NCBI GenBank assembly: GCA_002269645.1
Contig: NIVC01005044.1
Span: 1-27,951 of the forward strand
Origin: Macrostomum lignano
Lineage: Eukaryota
Length of the DNA stretch: 27,951 nt
Direction of reading: 5' to 3'
In this document: positions 21,018-27,951 of the stretch, one piece after another
How positions within the stretch are numbered: position 1 is the stretch's first letter
Layout: each line of letters begins with the position of its first letter
The notes under the pieces: generated by a model
The model's database searches: none
The model's input: only the letters and a program-made list of their open reading frames with translations
What the model was told of the DNA's origin: nothing
Program-made: the position numbers and the translations under genes

Positions 21018-23323
21018 ATGAAGCCCGAATCCTCCACCGCCACCGTGGTGATCCGCTACGGCACGCCGGATGACATGTACCAGGTGACCTGCCACGAGAA
21101 GGAGCTGGCCAAGTGTCACGAAAACATGCTGCAGTACTGCAGGCTGGGCAGCGAGGCGCACCGCCAGATGCTCATGGACGGCCTGTTCAGGATTATGGTT
21201 GCCGAGGCCGAGGGCCGCGTCATCGGATACCTGCTGTACACCCCCTCCTACCTGCTGCGGCACGCTGAGCCGGGCTTCTACGTGCAGAGCTTGTACGTTG
21301 AGCCGCTGTACCGCAGGCACCAGGTGAGGCGTCCCTCTGTGTGATTGCACTGTGAATGCACTGTGAATGCACTGTGAATGCACTGTGAATGCACTGTGAT
21401 TGCACTGTGAATGCACTGTGATTGCACTGTGAATGCACTGTGATTGCACTGTGAATGCACTGTGAATGCACTGTGAATGCACTGTGAATGCACTGTGAAT
21501 GCACTGTGAATGCACTGTGATTGCACTGTGAATGCACTGTGATTGCACTGTGAATGCACTGTGAATGCACTGTGAATGCACTGTGAATGCACTGTGATTG
21601 CACTGTGAATGCACTGTGATTGCACTGTGAATGCACTGTGATTGCACTGTGAATGCACTGTGATTGCACTGTGAATGCACTGTGATTGCACTGTGAATGC
21701 ACTGTGAATGCACTGTGATTGCACTGTGATTGCACTGTGAATGCACTGTGATTGCACTGTGATTGCACTGTGAATGCACTTCTATTTGGGGCTGTGGCAT
21801 AAATTCGCTGCGACTCCAGGCTATCCCACATTTTACTGTAAGAAACAGCATCTCATAATGCTCCACTGCACCCCATAATATCCCACTGCACCCCAGAATA
21901 CCCCACTGCACCCCATATTACCCCACTGCACCCCATAATACCCCACTGCACCCCAGAATACCCCACTGCACCCCATATTACCCCACTGCATCCCAAAATA
22001 CCCCACTGCATTCCATAATACCTTACTGCACCCCATAATACCCCACTGCACCCCATAATACCCCACTGCATCCCAAAATACCCCACTGCATTCCATAATA
22101 CCCCACTGCACCCCATAATACCCCACTGCATTCCATAATACCCCACTGCATTCCATAATACCCCACTGCACCCCATAATACCCCACTGCATTCCATAATA
22201 CCCCACTGCATCCCAAAATACCCCACTGCACCCCACGGTAGCACGGGGCATATTAAGAAGCCATAAATATCCCATACAACCAACCAGACCCGCACCGGCC
22301 CTCCCGCAGGTCGGCCAGTCGCTGCTGGCCACGCTGGGCCGCCTCGCCGCCTCCTCCGGCTTCGGCCACCTGAAGCTGTTGGTGCAGCACAGCAACGCGC
22401 CAGCCGTGAACTGCTACAGACGTCTGGGGTTCGATTTTCTAACCGAGACGGAGAACATCGGCTTCTTCGAGCTGTGGCCGCCGAAGTTTATCACTTCAAC
22501 TCTGCAGGCGGGTCGCCGGCCGCTGCCCGCCGGCCTCCACCTGGAGCTGCGGGACTGCGGCGGCCGGCTGTCGGGCAAGCTGGACACTGGGCGGCGGTTC
22601 GCCCTGACCTGCGCGGCCTGCGACTGCCGCCTGCAGGGCACCGTCGCTCTGACCTACTGTATGTGGGACGGCCCTGTGGCTCAGGTGAGATTTCTAGATT
22701 TCTGATTGGCTCACACCATCTACCCAGTCCAGCTCTGATTGGCTGGCACTATGTACCCAACTCAGCTCTGATTGGCTGGCTCTGTACCCAACTCAGCTCT
22801 GGTGGGCTGGCACTATGTACCCAGCTCAGCTCTGATTGGCTGGCACTATGTACACAGCTCAGCTCTGATTGGCTGGCACTATGTACCCAGCTCAGCTCTG
22901 ATTGGCTGGCACTATGTACCCAGCTCAGCTCTGATTGGCTGGCACTATGTACCCAGCTCAGCTCTGATTCGCACGCTTCCCTTAAACGCTTTCCAGGCCG
23001 ACTTGGAGGCGGTTCGGCCGAGCTGTCCGGCCCGCGGCTGCGCCCTGCTGAACGCGGCCAACCTCCGCCGGCTTTTCGGCCGGCTGCTGCTCACCTGCCT
23101 GCCTGTCCGGCCGGTCCGCCTGTGGCTGGAGGCCGGCCGCCGGGACTCCCGGCTGCGCCAGCTGCTCATCAAGATCGGGCTGGAGGACAGCACGGCCAGC
23201 GAGCTGTGGCACGTGTGCGACCTGTCCGGCCCCGGCCTGTCCGAGCTGGCCGGACGCAGCGTGGCCTGTCCGAGTGTTGGCCGACTGGCCATTGATGCAG
23301 GCGCCTTGACAGCGGAGCTTTGA
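21018..23323 (+). CDS. Tandem-GNAT gene 4 (SSAT-like + degenerate GNAT); join(21018..21323,22310..22684,22997..23323), 335 aa
   Basis: VVIRYGTPDD...ELA, IMVAEAEGRVIGYLLY, FYVQSLYVEPLYRRHQ|VGQSLL, NAPAVNCYRRLGF, YCMWDGPVAQ|ADLEAVRP. Donors CAG|GTGAGG at 21324 and CAG|GTGAGA at 22685; acceptors end at 22309 and 22996; all phase 0; intact frame. Confidence 0.9.
21340..21779. repeat. 11-bp minisatellite (CTGTGA[A/T]TGCA)n, about 40 copies, in gene 4 intron 1
   Basis: Read directly. Confidence 0.97.
21861..22234. repeat. 20-bp minisatellite (CCCCACTGCACCCCATAATA)n, about 19 copies, in gene 4 intron 1
   Basis: Read directly. Confidence 0.97.
22701..22969. repeat. 33-bp minisatellite (CTCAGCTCTGATTGGCTGGCACTATGTACCCAG)n, about 8 copies, in gene 4 intron 2
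   Basis: Read directly. Confidence 0.95.
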
Positions 23324-23486
23324 AGCCCCTGCTTTGTTTTTAGCCGTGTCGTTTTGTGATTGTTTTTGTGTGGCTCACCAAGCACTGTCTATTGATCCTG
23401 TCTGGTTTTAGTTGCTATGCTGGACTCTTTTGTGTTCAGTTTTTATTGCTTATGGTAATACCGATTGATCAAGGATAAAGTCGCTA

Positions 23487-24416
<930 letters not shown>

Positions 24417-25345
24417 CTATTTTTACACTCTGTCAATATTTAAATTATCTGTGTCAAGCTGGGTTTGGTTTACCGCCCAACTCCGCGTCTCACATTCAGT
24501 ACACTTTAGTGCTGGTTGCATATGCTAAGATGCATTTCCACTTGCGGGTGCTCTGAAAGTCTGCAATCTGGTCTAATTTGGCCACTGCTATGTGCGGCAG
24601 ACCCCTCACGCTATTGCCGTACTGTATTAAGCTTTCATCATTGTGACTTGATCTCCCCCTCATGTCTCCGATTCGTAACGTCTGCTCGCTCCCTCTGTGT
24701 CCGATCTGTTGTCACAGGCATTTTTTACCGCGCTCTGACCGTCTTCAATGCGATCCTTTGCGATTTGTGATCCTCAATTTGGGAATTCAATTGTGATTTC
24801 GTCTTTATTTACAATAACTCTTGCTTGCTTTACAATTTTGACTTGGTGATAAACATAATTTCCCCTCTACTGTACTCGTACTTATCTACTAAGTAGTCTG
24901 ACGCGTAATTTTTTCCAAGCTGTGATTTTTATCAATAAATCGACTAATCGCTTAAAATAAGTTCGTCCTGTACTTGTGTGCGACTTTCCAACTTGTTATT
25001 GTTTTGCTTCGAGCTGCCGGAACTACCAAATCTATCAAGAATGAACTCAAAGTTTCTTCAAGTGTTTTGAAAGCACTGGAATGCTAGCCGCGCACTGTGT
25101 GTTTATTTTCTTTAGTTTTGTTCCATGGACTGGCCGGTGTGTCTGGCCGGCGCAACACAGCAAATCTGACAGTCTTGAACTGGGCAAAAAGCGTGTGAAA
25201 GAAAGCGGGAAAAAGCAGAGATTAACAAGCAAGTAGTTAAAGTATTTGAGCGAAATAGCAGTGCGACTCATGAGGATCCCTCATGAAGCTGGCTGAGTCA
25301 GAATGTCACCTGCAGCCTCAGGCGCTGCGGCTGAGGCTGCGATAG

Positions 25346-25759
25346 GATTTTGGGGATTCGATTTTAGGGATTCTAAAATGTGGGATTAGATTTTGGGATT
25401 CTAAAATGTGGCACTCGATTTTGGGATTCTACAATGTGGGACTCGATTTTGGGATTCTAAAATGTGGCACTCGATTTTGGGATTCTACAATGTGGGACTC
25501 GATTTTGGGATTCTAAAATGTGGGACTCGATTTGGGGATTCTAATAAAATGTGGGATTTGATTTTGGGGATTCTAAAATGTGGGATTGGATTTTGTAGAT
25601 TCTAAAATTTGGGATTGGATTTTGGGATTCTAAAATGTGGGACTCGATTTTGGGATTCTAAAATGTGGGACTCGATTTGGGGATTCTAATAAAATGTGGG
25701 ATTGGATTTTGGGATTCTAAAATGTGGGATTGGATTTTGGGATTCTAAAATGTGGGATT
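25346..25759. repeat. About 28-bp minisatellite (GATTTTGGGATTCTAAAATGTGGGACTC)n, about 14-15 degenerate copies
   Basis: Read directly. Confidence 0.93.
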
Positions 25760-25819
25760 TGTTGGGTTCGAATTTGATTTCAGACTGGATTTCGCTTTCA
25801 CCGAACCTCTGGCTGTCAA

Positions 25820-26332
25820 TCAGTTGTCAACCGACTGTCTCAGCGACTCGTCGATGCTGAGCACCTGCGGCCGCAGCCGCTGCCGACCCGGCAGCTGGTG
25901 GTCGGAGCCGGTGCTGGGCAGGCAGAGGCGCCGGGGCTCGCGCTCCACCAGCCGGCCCTGCCGCTGCTGCTCGGCGAGGTGCTGCACGGACAGCCGCTGC
26001 TCGGACCGCGTCAGCGACTGCTGCAGAGGCGGCGAGGACGAGGCGGAGTCCGGGCCTGCGGCATGCTGGCTGGCCTGCCGCCTGACGCTGTGCTTTGCCC
26101 GCTCCTGTTGAGGCTGCTGCGGACCCTCCGGCTCTGAGCGGAGGCTGGTGACCCGGGGAGTTGCCTTCGGCTCCCCGATGAAGAAGCTCTGATGCTGCTG
26201 CGGCTGGTGCGGCTCCTGCAGCGACGGCTGCTTCCTGGGCGTTGACCAGGCCTCGCGCAGGCCGCGGGCTGCCGCGAGCTGCTCCCAGGACTTGGCGAGC
26301 CGCCCGCTGCTGCTGCCGCCGCTTGACGACAT
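25820..26332 (-). CDS. Last (possibly only) coding exon of an unidentified Gln/Ser/Arg-rich protein, 170 aa from ATG 26332
   Basis: Open frame with almost all third positions G/C (CAG, GAG, CTG, CGG); minus-strand acceptor ...gaaaccag|A-ATG (AG at 26335-26334); stop TGA at 25822-25820; no recognisable domain. Confidence 0.7.
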   Translation of the reverse strand: MSSSGGSSSGRLAKSWEQLAAARGLREAWSTPRKQPSLQEPHQPQQHQSFFIGEPKATPRVTSLRSEPEGPQQPQQERAKHSVRRQASQHAAGPDSASSSPPLQQSLTRSEQRLSVQHLAEQQRQGRLVEREPRRLCLPSTGSDHQLPGRQRLRPQVLSIDESLRQSVDN

Positions 26333-26630
26333 TCTGGTTTCTAAAATTTGAGATTTGGGATTCCAGACTAAACCGTTACGACATATAATTTAGGTTTGGG
26401 ATTTGGAATAGTGGGTTCTAGATTTGCGATTTAAAATTAGATTGCGGACAATTATTGTCTTTGTGATTCGAGTTTGAGGTTTGAATTTTTTTAAACCTAG
26501 GATTCGGACTTTGAAATGATGGGCTTTTAGGTATACCTGAGTTGGAGATACAGGATGAGACCAGATACTCTTTGTTGTCAACCTTTGTTGGCCTGTTGTC
26601 AGCCTATCCCAATCCACGGTGTGCAACTCT

Positions 26631-27440
26631 CTGACAGACTCCCTGACAGACTTATTGACAGTCTCATTGACAGACTCCCTGACAGACTTATTGACAGTCT
26701 CATTGACAGACTCCCTGACAGACTTATTGACAGTCTCATTGACAGACTCCCTGACAGACTTATTGACAGTCTCATTGACAGACTCCCTGACAGACTTATT
26801 GACAGTCTCATTGACAGACTCCCTGACAGACTTATTGACAGTCTCATTGACAGACTCCCTGACAGACTTATTGACAGTCTTATTGACAGACTCCCTGACA
26901 GACTCGCTGACAGACTTATTGACAGTCTTATTGACAGTCTCATTGTCAGACTTATTGACAGTCTTATTGACAGTCTCATTGTCAGACTTATTTACAGTCT
27001 CATTGACAGTCTCATTGACAGTCTCATTGACAGTCTCATTGACAGACTTATTGACAGTCTCATTGACAGTCTCATCGACAGACTTATTGACAGACTCCCT
27101 GACGACTTATTGACAGTCTCATTGACAGTCTCATTGACAGACTCACTGACAGACTTATTGACAGTCTCATTGACAGACTCCCACTCCCTGACAGACTTAT
27201 TGACGGTCTCACTGACAGACTCCCACTCCCTAACAGACTCAGTAACAGACTCCCTGACAGACTTATTGACAGTCTCATTGACAGACTCCCTGACAGACTT
27301 ATTGACAGTCTCATTGACAGAATCCCACTCCCTGACAGACTTATTGACAGTCTCATTAACGGACTCGCTGATAGACTCTTAGATAATATTTATGACTACC
27401 TGACGGACTACCTGACGGACTACCTGACAGACTACCTGAT
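26631..27440. repeat. 36-bp composite minisatellite of three 12-bp subunits (GACAGACTCCCT GACAGACTTATT GACAGTCTCATT) that decays to free 12-mers, then (ACTACCTGACGG)x4
   Basis: Read directly; source of the LIDSLIDRLPDR ORFs. Confidence 0.96.
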
Positions 27441-27951
27441 AGAAAACTCGAAGTTCTGTTCCGCCTACCTTGGCAGGCCGCGCGCCAGGAGTCGCCCTCA
27501 GAGTTCTCTAGCCGTTGATGAGCTGCTCACAAAGAAGGATTGATTCGACTGCTGCTGCAGCTGTCGAGCTGAGATGAGGCGTCGCCCGTCTAGGAGTTCA
27601 GCTCCCGCCTCAGGCCGGGCCTTATTAAGCGTATCTTGGGTTGCCGGCAGCCCACAGCCAACCAGAGCCGGCATCCCTGCATCCCGCCTGCCCCAGTGCC
27701 TCCTTCCATTGTGCCCGCAAACTCTCTGCACTGCAATTCGCATTGCAAGCCGCAGCGGCCGTGACCTGTGCTGCTGGGTGGGCGAGGCCGCAGTGAAACT
27801 CCTTCCAGCTTCTCTACCTCATCTGTCTGCGTGTTTTTCTCCGCTCCTCCCCCCCCACCCACCCAAGAGCTGGCGCAATGCGACTTCGCAGACATCTGGA
27901 CTGGATAGAATCCGGACCGACAGGCTCCGAGGCCGACGGCAAGAATTCTTG

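Noticed and set aside
27478-27543. Plus-strand terminal exon (PRARSRPQSSLAVDELLTKKD*) after the acceptor-like ...ctaccttggcag
   Set aside because: No upstream plus-strand partner exon was found, codon bias is weak, and the same bases also form a minus-strand donor; not supportable

Overview
This is eukaryotic (animal) genomic DNA with very GC-rich coding exons, GT-AG spliceosomal introns and AT-rich spacers. About 20 mostly unrelated micro/minisatellite arrays cover roughly 10 kb (about 35%) of the window. The style resembles a free-living flatworm such as Macrostomum, but that is inference only. From left to right: three phase-compatible exons of an unidentified Ser/Pro-rich protein (1119-4488, +); a two-exon ARHGAP11-like RhoGAP gene (6406-8128, +); weak orphan exon signals (9.9-11.0 kb); a same-strand tandem cluster of four paralogous ~330-343 aa genes (12182-23323, +); and a 170-aa low-complexity coding exon on the minus strand (25820-26332). 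Each cluster gene encodes an SSAT/SAT2-like GNAT acetyltransferase domain fused to a second, degenerate, Cys-rich GNAT-like domain. The cluster is the main point of interest. The polyamine-binding acidic residues are replaced by His/Gln/Ser. Genes 2 and 3 have divergent first exons (about 56% aa identity) but a second exon that appears identical over 645 bp, and both lack an intron shared by genes 1 and 4. Gene 1 has its exon-2 splice donor amplified 11 times as a 43-bp minisatellite and has a 1-nt frameshift at the exon-1 end. Most long ORFs in the supplied track are repeat or antisense artefacts. All alignments were made by eye, with reference proteins recalled from memory.
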